Made by a program: the position numbers and the translations under genes
Shown here: positions 1-13,399 of the stretch, piece by piece
Layout: the number at the start of each line of letters is the position of its first letter
Position numbering within the stretch: position 1 is the first letter of the stretch
Notes under the pieces: model-generated
Told to the model about the DNA's origin: nothing
Seen by the model: the letters and a program-made list of their open reading frames with translations, nothing else
Databases searched by the model: none
Assembly (NCBI GenBank): GCA_965112735.1
Contig: OZ218952.1
Span: 1,984,001 to 2,048,000, forward strand
Length of the DNA: 64,000 bases
Direction: 5' to 3'
Source: Phaeosaccion multiseriatum
Lineage: Eukaryota; Protista; Ochrophyta, other classes

Positions 1-2958
1 CCGCGTTCTCGGGTCACGGAAAACGGCTCATGCGTTCATGGTGCAGGTGGGTGCGCTGTCTTTGTCTTGGCTGTGGCTGAGGTGAAGACTCACACGTCGC
101 TCAAACACAATGGCTGATACCACAGGGTCGCGGGGAGAGTGCCAGCAACAAGGCGATCAAGGAGGGACCGCGGATGACGAAAGGAGGCAAGGACAGCATG
201 CCTCACTCCCGACCCCTGACGGAGGAGGCACTTGTGGCGGCCCATCGGGGTAGCATCAGCAAAGTACCCCACGAGAAGGTTGGTTGGTCGACTGTCGACT
301 GTTTTACGTACCGCGCCTTGGCCCAGCCAGAAACAAACTAATGCATGAATGCATGCATACATACAAAAAAAAAACAGGTGGTGTGCCCTGACTGTGGGGA
401 TGAGCTCATCATTGCCGCGCACGACGAGTGGACACGGTTGCAGGGCCTCAAGGCCATGTGGGACCGCCACCGCAACGGACATTACATTGGGGACGGCGCG
501 CCACATTTCCCCCACTGCACATACGGCAGACCGGAGCTCAACGCGGTGATTCAGCTCCTCAAGAAGTCGCCCAAGGCGCCGGAGGAGCTCGAGGGACAAC
601 TCCCGAAGGAGCGGAGGCAGCATGACCCTCGGGATGGGGACCTACGGACCCCCGACGTTCTCATTTGCATGAGGGCAGAGGGCAAATGGGGCGGGGCCGT
701 CCTTCCCTTCTACCACGGCGACCTGTACAACTCGAGCATGACTCCCGCGCAGATTGCCCACAACGCCCTGCTCTTTGACAAGACGTTAGCGCTCGACAGT
801 GGTGTGCCCCAGGACGAGGTGGACTTTGCGCGCATTCTTCTTGGCGTAGGCCTCGACACCCTCCAGCAAGAGGGGATCGGCAGCAACGACTCAAGGAAGG
901 ACGCCACCAGGAGTGCCGCCCTGCTACGACCCATGACGCAAGGTGCCGAGCGTTCCTCTTCCCGCGAAGGCACTACGGCCAAATTTTGCCTCCCCTCGAA
1001 TGAGTTCTTGGAGGAGCAGGGCCTCCAGTCCTCCACCGTGGTGAGGGGCAGGCAAGCCTTTGGCAAGGCCTGCAGGGGGCGGCGTTTGTGGCAGAGGGGT
1101 GACAACCCCTACCATCTGGACCAAGCCTATGTCTCGTACCAGCGGCCGCTCCTGGACGCCATTAAGATCAGGTCCACGGGTTCGGGGGAGGCCGGCGAGC
1201 AGCCGCAGCAGCCGCAGCAGGAGGAGCAGCAGCCGCAGCAGCAGCCGGAGCAGCAGCGCATTACCTATAATGGAGAGGATCAGACGACTGGGCGAGGCTT
1301 CCTCCATTCCCTTGAGAACAAGGGCGTCCGCCAGGCTGACCTACTCATCGTGGCGCAGGGCATGGCGGCTCTGGGCATCCCCGTCTTCGAGGGCGACAGA
1401 CGCAGTCAGCCGCGCGGCCGGGAGTTGGACACGTATCGCAAGCGGCATAACAAAGTGAGTACGAAATTAGAGAGGGGAGGCAGAGCGAGTCCGAGGCCAG
1501 CAGCACAGCCACGTCAGAAACATGCAAACGGAGCGACCCCCTGCCTTGACTTACGTGAGGCTGCCCTTGCTTGACTGTCACCCTGCCTCCCACGACACAC
1601 AGGTGACCCTCCTCTTCTTCCAAAAGTGGATCAAGAGAGCAAATATCACTCAGAATGAGATGCTCTTCTTGATGGACTTGTGGAAAAGAGCCCCCCCAAG
1701 CAAAGTGGATACGGGGGCGGTCTTCTCCTGGGGGAGCTTCATGAGCTCTCCGGAAGGCAGGTTCACGCTCTCTGGTCTGATGGGCTTGAGCTGCACCGAC
1801 GGGTGCAACCAGTTGACAGAGTGCAGCCTCTTCCTCATGAACGCCCCCCCGGAACTGCGCGTGTTCCGGTCGCTCATCCTCTTGGGGTGCACCTCCAACG
1901 ACAAGGTGTACATCAACAAGGGCTACAATCGGAAGGATGGAAGCCGAATCGAAAAAGCCGGTGTCCACTTCCTCCATCCCCAGGTAGGTAGCTACCTCCC
2001 TTGTGCTGCTTTTCCGTCCGCCCCCTGCCTCTCTTTGTCTGACTCCTCCTTTGCCATTCTTGTTGCTGCCGCTTCTGGTCAGGTCTTCTATCGCCTGTGC
2101 TGTCTCTTTGGGAACGACCGCAGCCACTCAAGGTACGCCTTCGACTACCGCAAGCGGTTCCTCGCACTCGTCGCTATGGCGGGGCACCCGGAGGGCGACG
2201 TGCTCCAGAGCAAGGCCTTCGCCATCGCCTTCCTCGTCAACTTCGGCGGCCAAGTGTATGGGGATGGTAGCGTGGGGGAGGGGCCCCCGAAGGAGCACAC
2301 TGACGGAGGGGCGGAGGAGACGAAGGAGGTGGAGGTGGAGGTGGTGGTGGAGCAGGAGGGGGAGCAGGAGGAGGAGGAGGAGGGGGAGCAGGAGGAGGAG
2401 GAGGAGGAGGAGGGGGAGGGGGAGTGGGAGTGGGTGTGGGAGAAGGTGGTGGAGGACGTGGTGGTGGAGGAGGAGGAGAAGGAGGAGGAGAAGAAGGGGG
2501 AGCAGGAGGAGGAGAAGGGGGTGAGCTACCACTTCTGCCTTGCCTCTTCCGACATTGGCGGGCTCACATTTGTGCAGAAGCTTCTGCCCCCCACCATTTG
2601 GACCCTCACAGGCCTGGAGCTTGAGTTCACGGGCGGCTTGTACGCTGGCTTCAACCGTGACAAGCTCACCAAAAAGACGAAGGGGCTGGTCTACAGCCTT
2701 CGCTGGGGAGGGAAGCGCGACTGGATGGTGCTCAACTACGCCATCAACGAGGCCTGGAAGCAGGGTGGGGTCAAGTTCGACCAGCTGGACCGAAAGAAGC
2801 GCGACGTCAGCTTGGAGGACATCAAGAAGGTGCCCCTCAGCGGACGGCGTGTGAGCACAACGTTTGGCACGGACTTTGCGCCCTACGTCGCGCCCTATGC
2901 CGCGCCCGCAGGAGCAGCCGCAGCAGCAGCCGCAGGAGCAGCGGCGGCCGACGCGTAA
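1..2958 (+). CDS. Spliced gene (5' end outside window) encoding a Cys/His-motif protein with a C-terminal double-motif LAGLIDADG-like endonuclease domain
   Basis: Phase-0 GT-AG exons <1-46, 126-278, 378-1454, 1603-1983, 2083-2958 join into one open frame. CPDC...H...HC at the start of exon 378. Motifs LSGLMGLSCTDGC (~1768-1806) and FLVNFGGQVYGDGSV (2230-2274). Downstream YHFCLASSD...VQKLL...VYSLRWGG...LDRKKRD fits the LAGLIDADG beta-strand/helix pattern. Confidence 0.6.
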
Positions 2959-3249
2959 GCAAACCAGCACTGGCGCGGGGCAACGAGCTGGGATGAGAGC
3001 GGACGGGAGGCCACGAGAAGGCGTGAAAGTGGGCGGGGAGGGGAGGAGCGGACCGGGAGGGGTAGCAACGAGCTGGGAAGGGCGCATGAATGTGATGGTT
3101 AGTGTAGGCAGTATGACATGAGTCAAAGGGGTGGGTGAGGATCTGTGGGGCCGACTGGCCCGCTCCTTCCTCCAGAACAACCCGTATGGACCAATTGGAA
3201 AGCTTCCTGATTCTCTCTCTCTCTTTAATAGTCAAGTAGTTTTTATTAG

Positions 3250-4968
<1,719 letters not shown>

Positions 4969-7652
4969 CTCCCTCCCTCCCTCCCTCCCTCCCTGCCTCC
5001 CTGCCTCCCTTCCATCCTTCCTTCCTTCCTTCCTTCCTAGCTTCCTTCCTTCCTTCCTTCCTTCCTTCCTTCCTTCCTTCCTTCCTTCATTCCCTCCCTT
5101 CCTTCCTTCCTTCCTTCCTTCCTTCCTTCCTTCCATCCTTCCTTCCTTCCTTCCTTCCTTCCTTCCTTCCTTCCTTCCTTCCTTCCTTCCTTCCTTCCTT
5201 CCTTCCTTCCTTCCTTCCTTCCTTCCTTCCTTCCTTCCTTCCTTCCTTCCTTCCTTCCTTCCTTCCTTCCTTCCTTCCTTCCTTCCTTCCTTCCTTCCTT
5301 CCTTCCTCCCTTCCTTCCTCCCTTCCTTCCTTACTTCCTTCCTTCCTTCCTTCCTCCCTTCCTTCCTTCCTTCGTTACTTCCTTCCTTCCTTCCTTCTTT
5401 CCTTCCTTCCTTCCTTCGTGCTTCCCTCCCTCCCTCCCTCCCTCCTTCCTTTCTTTCTTCCTTCCTTCCTTCCTTCCTTCCTTTCTTCCTTCCTTCCTTC
5501 CTTCCTTCCTCCCTCCCTCCCTCCCTCCCTCCCTCCCTCCCTCCCTCCCTCCCTTCCTTCCTTCCTTCCTTCCTTCCTTCCTTCCTTCCTTCCTTCCTTC
5601 CTTCCTTCCTTCCTTCCTTCCTTCCTTCCTTCCTTCCTTCCTTCCTTCCTTCCTTCCTTCCTTCCTTCCTTCCTTCCTTCCTTCCTTCCTTCCTTCCTTC
5701 CTCCCTTCCTTCCTTCCTTCCATCCTTCCTTCCTTCCTTCCTTCCTCCCTTCCTTCCTTCCTTCCTTCCTTCCTTCCATCCTTCCTTCCTTCCTTCCTCC
5801 CACCCTTCCTTCCTTCCTTCCTTCCTTCCTTCCTTCCTTCCTTCCTTCCTTCCTTCCTTCCTCCCACCCTTCTTCCCTTCCTTCCTCCCACCCTTCCTTC
5901 CTTCCTTCCTTCCTTCCTTCCTTCCTTCCTTCCTTCCATCCTTCCTTCCTTCCTTCATTCCCTTCCTTCCTTCCTTCCTTCATTCCCTTCCTTCCTTCCT
6001 AGCTTCCTTCCTTCCTTACTTCCTTCCTTCCTTCCTTCCTTCCTTCCTTCCTTCCTTCCTTCCTTCCTTCCTTCCTTCCTTCCTTCCATCCTTCCTTCCT
6101 TCCTCCCACCCTCCCTCCCTCCCTCTCTCCCTCTCCCTCCCTCCCTCCCTCCCTCCCTCCCTCAACACCTCCCTCTCTCCCTTCCTTCCTTCCTTCCTTC
6201 CTTCCTTCCTTCCTTCCTTCCTTCCTCTCTTCCTTCCTTCCTTCCTTCCTTCCTCCCTCCCTCCCTCCCTCCCTCCCTCCCTTCCTCCCTGCCTCCCTTC
6301 CTTCCTTCCTTCCTTCGCTCTCTCCCTCCCTCCTTCCTTCCTCCCTCCCTCCCTCCCCCCCTCCCTCCCTCCCTCCCTCCGTCCCTTCCTCCCTCCCTCC
6401 CTTCCTTCCTTCCTTCCTTCCATCCATCCTTCCTTCCTTCCTTCCTTCCTTCCTTCCTTCCTTCATTCCTTCCTTCCTTCCTTCCTTCCTTCCTCCCTCC
6501 CTCCCTCCCTCCCTCCCTCCCTCCCTCCCTCCCTTCCTTCCTTCCTTCCTTCCTTCCTTCCTTCCTTCCTTCCTTCCTTCCTTCCTTCCTTCCTCCCTTC
6601 CTTCCTTCCTCCCTTCCTTCCTTCCTTCCATCCTTCCTTCCTTCCTTCCTTCCTTCTTTCCTTCCTTCCTTCCTTCCTTCCTTCCTTCGTGCTTCCCTCC
6701 CTCCCTCTCTTCCTTCCTTCCTTCCTTCCTTTCTCCCTCCCTCCCTCCCTCCCTCCCTCCCTCCCTTCCTTCCTTCCTTCCATCCTCCCTTCCTTCCTTC
6801 CTTCCTTCGTGCTTCCCTCCCTCCCTCCCTTCCTTCCTCCCTCCCTTCCTTCCTTCCTTCCGTCCTTCCTTCCTTCCTTCCTTCCTTCCTTCCTTCCTCC
6901 CTCCCTCCCTCCCTCCCTCCCTCCCTCCCTGCCTCCCTCCCTCCCTCCCTCCCTGCCTCCCTCCCTCCCTCCCTCCCTTCCTTCCTTCCTTCCTTCCTCC
7001 CTCCCTTCCTCCCTTCCTTCCTTCCTTCCTTCCTTCCTTCCTCCCTCCCTCCGTCCCTCCCTCCCTCCGTCCCTCCCTCCCTCCCTCCCTCCCTCCCTTC
7101 CTTCCTTCCTTCCTTCCTTCCTTCCTTCCTTCCTTCCTTCCTTCCTTCCTTCCTTCCTTCCTTCCTTTCATCCTTCCTTCCTTCCTTTCTTCCTTCCTTC
7201 CTCCCTCCCTCCCTCCCTCACCCCCTCCCTCCCTCCCTCCCTTCCTTCCTTCGTGCTGCCCTCCCTCCCTCCCTCCCTTCCTTCCTTCCTTCCTTCCATC
7301 CTTCCTTCCTTCCTTCCTTCTTTCCTTCCTTCCTTCCTTCCTTCCTTCCTTCCTTCCTTCCTTCCTTCCTTCCTTCTGTGGAGATGCTCACAAATGTCGT
7401 CTGTTCATAGTTTCAGTTTCTTCGTTCAGTTTCAGTTTCCTTTTAGTTCTTTCCATCTCCTAAAATATTACTCCATCTCTCGTCCTTTCTTTTCTTACGA
7501 GTGCTCCACCTCTGGTGGGTAGCGACTGACCTCCTGCTATTTGCAGGTAGGGTCTATTGCTATTGGTAGTCACCCTTTCAGTGCACGACTCCACAATAAC
7601 TAGTTATTACCGGATAGTATACATTTCATTTCATCAACGTCAGCGGCGACCA

Positions 7653-8211
7653 ATGTCCGTCTCGCCACTACAACACCCGGTGGTAGGCTGTACACCACCC
7701 GCGGTAGGCTCTTCCAGCATCGAGGTCTACATCCAGCCTTTTTTCGCCGATCCCAGTCAGAGAGCGGCCGCAGTGGATCGATGCCAGCAGCAGATTGTGC
7801 AGCTCTTTTCGGCGCTGGATAAATGTGGGCAGCTCGCCGTGGTCTACAACGAGAGTGCGGACGAATGGGTAGAAGGCACAGCTTCTGTAATCAGCGGAGG
7901 CCTCGTTGCCGGCCTCAAGCCCCAACATGTTTTCCTACAAGCGGCGTACTCCACCTTTGGACCTCATTCTTCACACCTTCCAGGGCCCTCTCTTGGTGCC
8001 CAAGATCAGCTGTGCCATCACGGATAACGACATGACCAAGTTGGTTACCGTGGGCCGCGCCACCCTGAAGGAGCTCGGCATTAATATCCAAGAGGCCCTT
8101 GGTAAGGCAGCAGCGACGCAGCACATCAACGACGGCGCCACTGGCCCTCTTCGTCAGGCGTCGGCACGTACTGTCACCTTTACCCGTGAACGTTACTCCC
8201 CTCATTTCTAA
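7653..8211 (+). pseudogene. Frameshifted gag/aspartic protease remnant of the LTR element
   Basis: ASVISGGLV and LDLILHTFQGPLLVPKISCAI...VTVGRATLKELGINI resemble the C-terminal part of gypsy retropepsins. No D[ST]G motif, RT or integrase. Confidence 0.55.
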
Positions 8212-8282
8212 TCTTCTTCTGTTTCCCTCGGACTCTTTCCTATACCTTCTGAGTACCAATGTGCCCTGAAATAATTCTCCCT

Positions 8283-8502
8283 ACCCTCTGGTGTTTCTAG
8301 ACTGTTTGTGAGGCCGCTTTTTCCCTCCCCCTTGTGTGAGGCAGCTTTTCCCTCCATCTGTTCTGTTCCCAAGTCAGTGTAGCTAGGGCTAATTCTCTCT
8401 ACTCTCTGGTGTTTCTGGACTGTTTGTGTGGCCGCTTTTTCCCTCCCCCTTGTGTGAGGCAGCTTTTCCCTCCATCTGTTCTGTTCCCAAGTCGGTGTAG
8501 CC
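8283..8502. repeat. ~119-bp tandem duplication in the 3' internal region of the LTR element
   Basis: Two near-identical copies of CTCTGGTGTTTCT.GACTGTTTGTG...CCCAAGTC.GTGTAGC. Confidence 0.9.
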
Positions 8503-11500
8503 AGTCTGTGTGGATTTCCCTCTTTTCCTTACTTCCTTTCCTCCTATTTGTGTTCATCTCTTTCTCTTTCCTTATCATGTCTGCGTATGCACACATGCTT
8601 TCAAAGGGGGGACTGTGGAGATGCTCACAAATGTCGTCAGTTCATAGTTTCAGTTTCTTCGTTCAGTTTCAGTTTCCTTTTAGTTCTTTCCATCTCCTAA
8701 AATATTACTCCATCTCTCGTCCTTTCTTTTCTCACGAGTGCTCCACCTCTGGTGGGTAGCGACTGACCTCCTGCTATGTGCAGGTAGGGTCTATTGCTAT
8801 TGGTAGTCACCCTTTCAGTGCACGACTCCACACTTCCTTCCTTCCTTCCTTCCTTCCTTCCTTCCTTCCTTTCATCCTTCCTTCCTTCCTTACTTCCTTC
8901 CTTCCTTCCTTCCTTCCTTCCTTCCTTCCTTCCTTCCTTCCTTCGTGCTTCCCTCCCTCCCTCTCTTCCTTCCTTCCTTCCTTCCTTCCTTCTTCCTTCC
9001 CTCCCTCCCTCCCTCCCTCCCTCCCTCCCTCCCTCCCTCCCTCCCTCCCTCCCTCCCTCCCTCCCTCCCTCCCTCCCTCCCTCCCTCCCTCCCTCACTCC
9101 CTCCCTCCCTCCCTCCCTCCCTCCCTCCCTCCCTCCCTCCCTCCCTCCCTCCCTCCCTCCCTCCCTCCCTCCCTCCCTCCCTCCCTCCCTCCCTCCCTCC
9201 CTCCCTCCCTCCCTCCCTCCCTCCCTCCCTCCCTCCCTCCCTCCCTCCCTCCCTGCCTGCCTGCCTGCCTCCCACCCTCCCTCCCTCCCTCTCTCTCTCT
9301 CCCTCCCTCCCTCCCTCCCTCCCCCAACACCTCCCTCTCTCCCTTCCTTCCTTCCTTCCTTCCTTCCTTCCTTCCTTCCTTACTTCCGTCCTTCCTTCCT
9401 TCCTTCCTCCCTCCCTCCCTCCCTCCCTCCCTGCCTCCGTCTCTCTCTCCCTCCCTGCCTCCCTTCCTTCCTTCCTTCCTTCGCTCTCTCCCTCCCTCCT
9501 TCCTTCCTCCCTCCCTCCCTCCCCCCCTCCGTCCCTCCCTCCCTCCGTCCCTTCCTCCCTCCCTCCCTCCCTCCCTTCCTTCCTTCCTTCCTTCCTTCCT
9601 TCCTTCCTTCCTTCCTTCCTTCCTTCCTTCCTTCCTTCCTTCCTTCCTTCCATCCATCCTTCCTTCCTTCCTTCCTTCCTTCCTTCCTTCCTTCCTTCCT
9701 TCCTTCCTTCCTTCCTTCCTCCCTCCCTGCCTCCCTCTCTCTCTCTCCCTCCCTCCCTCCCTCCCTCCCTGCCTGCCTCCCACCCTCCCTCCCTCCCTCC
9801 CTCCCTCCCTCCCTCCCTCCCTCCCTCCCTCCCTCCCTCCCTCCCTCCCTCCCTTCCTTCCTTCCTTCCTTCCTTCCTTCCTTCCTTCCTTCCTTGCTTC
9901 CTTCCTTCCTTCCTTCCTTCCTTCCTTCCTTCCTTCCTTCCTTCCTTCCATCCTCCCTTCCTTCGTGCTTCCCTCCCTGCCTCTCTTCCTTCCTTCCTTC
10001 CTTCCTTTCTCCCTCCCTCCCTCCCTCCCTCCCTCCCTTCCTTCCTTCCTTCCATCCTCCCTCCCTCCCTTCCTTCATCCCTCCCTCCCTCCCTCCCTCC
10101 CTCCCTCCCTCCCTCCCTCCCTCCCTCCCTCCCTCCCTCCCTGCCTCCCTCCCTCCCTCCCTCCCTCCCTCCCTCCCTTCCTTCCTTCCTTCCTCCCTTC
10201 CTTCCTTCCTTCCTTTCTCCCTCCCTTCCTCCCTCCCTTCCTTCCTTCCTTCCTTCCTTCCTTCCTTCCTTCCTTCCTTCCTTCCTCCCTCCCTCCCTCC
10301 CTCCCTCCCTCCCTCCCTCCCTCCCTCCCTCCCTCCCTTCCTTCCTTCCTTCCTTCCTTCCTTCCTTCCTTCCTTTCATCCTTCCTTCCTTCCTTCCTTC
10401 CTTCCTTCCTTCCTCCCTCCCTCCCTCCCTCACCCCCTCCCTCCCTCCCTCCCTCCGTCCCTCCCTCCCTCCCTCCCTCCCTTCCTTCCTTCCTTCCTTC
10501 CTTCCTTCCTTCCTTCCTTCCTTCCTTCCTTCCTTCCTTCCTTCCTTCCTTCCTTCCTTCCTTCCTTCCTTCCTTCCTTCCTTCCTCCCTCCCTCCCTCC
10601 CTCCCTTCCTTCCTTCCTTCCTTCCATCCTCCCTTCCTTCCTTCCTTCCTTCCTTCCTTCCTTCCTTCCTTCGTGCTTCCCTCCCTCCCTCCCTCCCTCC
10701 CTCCCTCTCTCCCTCCCTCCCTCCCTCCTTCCCTCCCTCCCTCCCTCCCTCCCTTCCTTCCTTCCTTCCTCCCTTCCTTCCTTCGTTCCTTTCTCCCTCC
10801 CTTCCTTCCTTCCTTCCTTCCTTCCTTCCTTCCTTCCTTCCTTCCTTCCTTCCTTCCTTCCTTCCTCCCTCCCTCCCCCCCCCCCTCCCTCCCTCCCTCC
10901 GTCCGTCCCTCCCTCCCTCCCTCCCTCCCTTCCTTCCTTCCTTCCTTCCTTCCTTCCTTCCTTCCTTCCTTCCTTCCTTCCTTCCTTCCTTCCATCCTTC
11001 CTCCCTTCCTTCCTTCCTTCCTTCCTTCCTTCCTTCCTTCCTTTCTTTCTTTCTCCCTCCCTCCCTCCCTCCCTCCCTCCCTCCCTTCCTTCCTTCCTTC
11101 CATCCTCCCTTCCTTCCTTCCTTCCTTCGTGCTTCCCTCCCTCCCTCCCTTCCATCCTTCCTTCCTTCCTTCCTTCCTTCCTTCCTTCCTTCCTTCCTTC
11201 CTTCCTTCCTTCCTCCCTCCCTCCCTCCCTCCCTCCCTCCCTCCCTCCCTCCCTCCCTCCCTCCCTTCCTTCCTTCCTTCCTTCCTTCCTCCCTTCCTTC
11301 CTTCCTTCCTTCCTTTCTCCCTCCTTCCTTCCTTCCTTCCTTACTTCCTTCCTTCCTTTCTTCCTTCCTTCCTTCTTTCGTGCTTCCCTCCCTCCCTCTC
11401 TTCCTTCCTTCCATCCTTCCTTCCTTCCTTCCTTCCTTCCTTCCTTCCTTCCTTCCTTCCTTCCTTCCTTTCATCCTTCCTTCCTTTCTTCCTTCCTTCG

Positions 11501-12143
11501 TGCTTCCCTCCCTCCCTCCTTCTCTTCCTTCCTCCCTCCCTCCCTTCGTCCCTCCCTCCCTCCCTCCCTCCCTCCCTCCGTCCCTCCCTCCCTCCCTCCC
11601 TCCCTCCCTCCCTCCCTCCCTCCCTCCCTCCCTCCCTCCCTCCCTCCCTCCCTCCCTCCCTCCCTCCCTCCCTCCCTCCCTCCCTCCCTCCCTCCCTCCC
11701 TCCCTCCCTCCCTCCCTCCCTCCCTCCCTCCCTCCCTCCCTCCCTCCCTCCCTCCCTCCCTCCCTCCCTCCCTCCCTCCCTTCCTTCCTTCCTTCCTTCC
11801 TTCCTTCCTTCCTTCCTTCCTTCCTTCCTTCCATCCTTCCTTCCTTCCTTCCTTCCTTCCTTCCTTCCTTCCTTCCTTCCTTCCTTCCTTCCTTCCTTCC
11901 TTCCTTCCTTCCTTTCATCCTTCCTTCCTTCCTTCCTTCCTTCGTGCTTCCCTCCCTCCCTCCTTCTCTTCCTTCCTCCCTCCCTCCCTTCGTCCCTCCC
12001 TCCCTCCCTCCCTCCCTCCCTCCGTCCCTCCCTCCCTCCCTCCCTCCCTCCCTCCCTCCCTCCCTCCCTCCCTCCCTCCCTCCCTCCCTCCCTCCCTCCC
12101 TCCCTCCCTCCCTCCCTTCCTCCCTCCCCCCCCCCCTCCCTCC

Positions 12144-12605
12144 TGTGGGGCCGGTACCTCCCTCGATTATGAAGAGGAAGGTACCCCCAAGCTGAGCGCT
12201 CCGTTCCGGGCCCAAGAGGGGAGAGATAAGAGTCCAATGCTGACACCAAGTGTATTAATGACTAGGGCTATCCCACCCTAAGACCCTGGACAGCTCCCTT
12301 TATGTGGGGCCGGTACCTCCCTCGATTATGAAGGGGAAGGTACCCCCAAGGTGAGCGCTCCGTTCCGGGCCCAAGAGGGGAGAGATAAGAGTCCAATGCT
12401 GACACCAAGTGTATTAATGACTAGGGCTATCCCACCCTAAGACCCTGGACAGCTCCCTTGTTTAAGGAAGCAATCCAATTGGTCTTTACGGGTTCAGGAG
12501 TGCGGAGGGGCCAACCAGGCCTCAAAAGGCCGCGTCCCCACATCATTGACTTACTGTCCTGCCTACCTAATAATACGTAATTGAGCCTAACCCAGCTCCA
12601 CCACA
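12144..12605. mobile_element. Probable solo LTR with an internal 159-bp tandem duplication
   Basis: TGTGG...CCACA inverted ends. Near-identical units start at 12144 and 12303. Flanked by CCCT satellite; no clean TSD. Confidence 0.55.
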
Positions 12606-12680
12606 GATCCCTCCCTCCCTCCCTCCCCCCCTCCCTCCCTCCCTCCCTCCCTCCCTCCCTCCCTCCCTCCCTCCCTTCCT

Positions 12681-12797
12681 TCAGCCTAGGGAGAAAAAAT
12701 GGCCGGCCTAGAGCGGCCAACGGCCGCCGGCCTAGGCCTAGAGCGGGCGTAGGCCGCTCGGCCTAGGGCCTAGAGCATAGGCTTCTAGGCCAGTCTG
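12681..12797. repeat. CTAGG/GGCC-rich palindromic dispersed repeat (possible MITE fragment), copy 1
   Basis: Its reverse complement closely matches 45398-45462. Begins TCAGCC, like the other MITE termini here. Confidence 0.6.
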
Positions 12798-12840
12798 GAG
12801 CCGATGGGTGAGAGAGAGAGAGAGAGAGAGGGAGGGAGGC

Positions 12841-12887
<47 letters not shown>

Positions 12888-13080
12888 GAGAGAGAGAGAG
12901 ATGAGAGAGTGTCATGGTGAGGAGGAGGGGGGGCGTGGGCCCCAGCCAGGTGTGAGCACCTTTGAAGGGTCTCGGCCGCTGCGCCCTGAGGGCCTGAGGG
13001 GGGAGGGGACAAAAAAAAATAAAAAAAAAAAATCGCTACGTAAGCATTACATAAGGGCAAAAAAAAAGGCTTTTTGAGGT

Positions 13081-13088
13081 AAAAAAAA
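13081..13088 (-). terminator. Pol III oligo-T terminator of tRNA-Ala
   Basis: T8 on the minus strand 9 nt downstream of the tRNA 3' end. Confidence 0.75.
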
Positions 13089-13096
13089 GTTCGAGT

Positions 13097-13181
13097 TGGA
13101 TCCGAAGGGATTTGAACCCTTGACATTGACGTGGTTAGTTGTTGTTGCTAACGGCACACTCTACCCCTGAGCTACGGACCC
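13097..13181 (-). tRNA. trnA-AGC: tRNA-Ala(AGC) with a 13-nt intron at 37/38
   Basis: Acceptor stem GGGTCCG/CGGATCC with G3:U70; D arm GCTC-AGGGGTA-GAGT; loop TT-AGC-A + ACAACAACTAACC intron; T arm AAGGG-TTCAAAT-CCCTT. One mismatch in the anticodon stem. Confidence 0.9.
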
Positions 13182-13399
13182 AAGCTAAACAGCCAGGTTT
13201 ATTTGGCTCATGTCATGGGAGTAGGGGCTTCTTACGCTCTATGAACCCAAAAAACTCGACGTTACGCGTGCTCGCCTTTCCACAGTGCAATGTCTCCTCT
13301 ACAAGGACAGGGATCAGCAAAAGAGAAGAGCTGTGCATAGAGCATCATAGATCATAGAGGGAGCATTCATTGACTTATAGGAATCACCTAAGAATTACG

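Larger units (their letters stand above)
7377..8832 (+). mobile_element. Non-autonomous, internally deleted Ty3/gypsy-like LTR retrotransposon (1456 bp)
   Basis: 219-bp LTRs at 7377-7595 and 8614-8832 (TGTGGAG...CTCCACA, 3 mismatches seen). Polypurine tract AAAGGGGGGA just before the 3' LTR. CTTC on both flanks. Protease-like remnant inside. Confidence 0.9.

Noticed and set aside
12940-13000. Possible further sulfite oxidase 5' fragment (ALRAQRPRPFKG, minus strand)
   Set aside because: Too short and weak to support without alignment.
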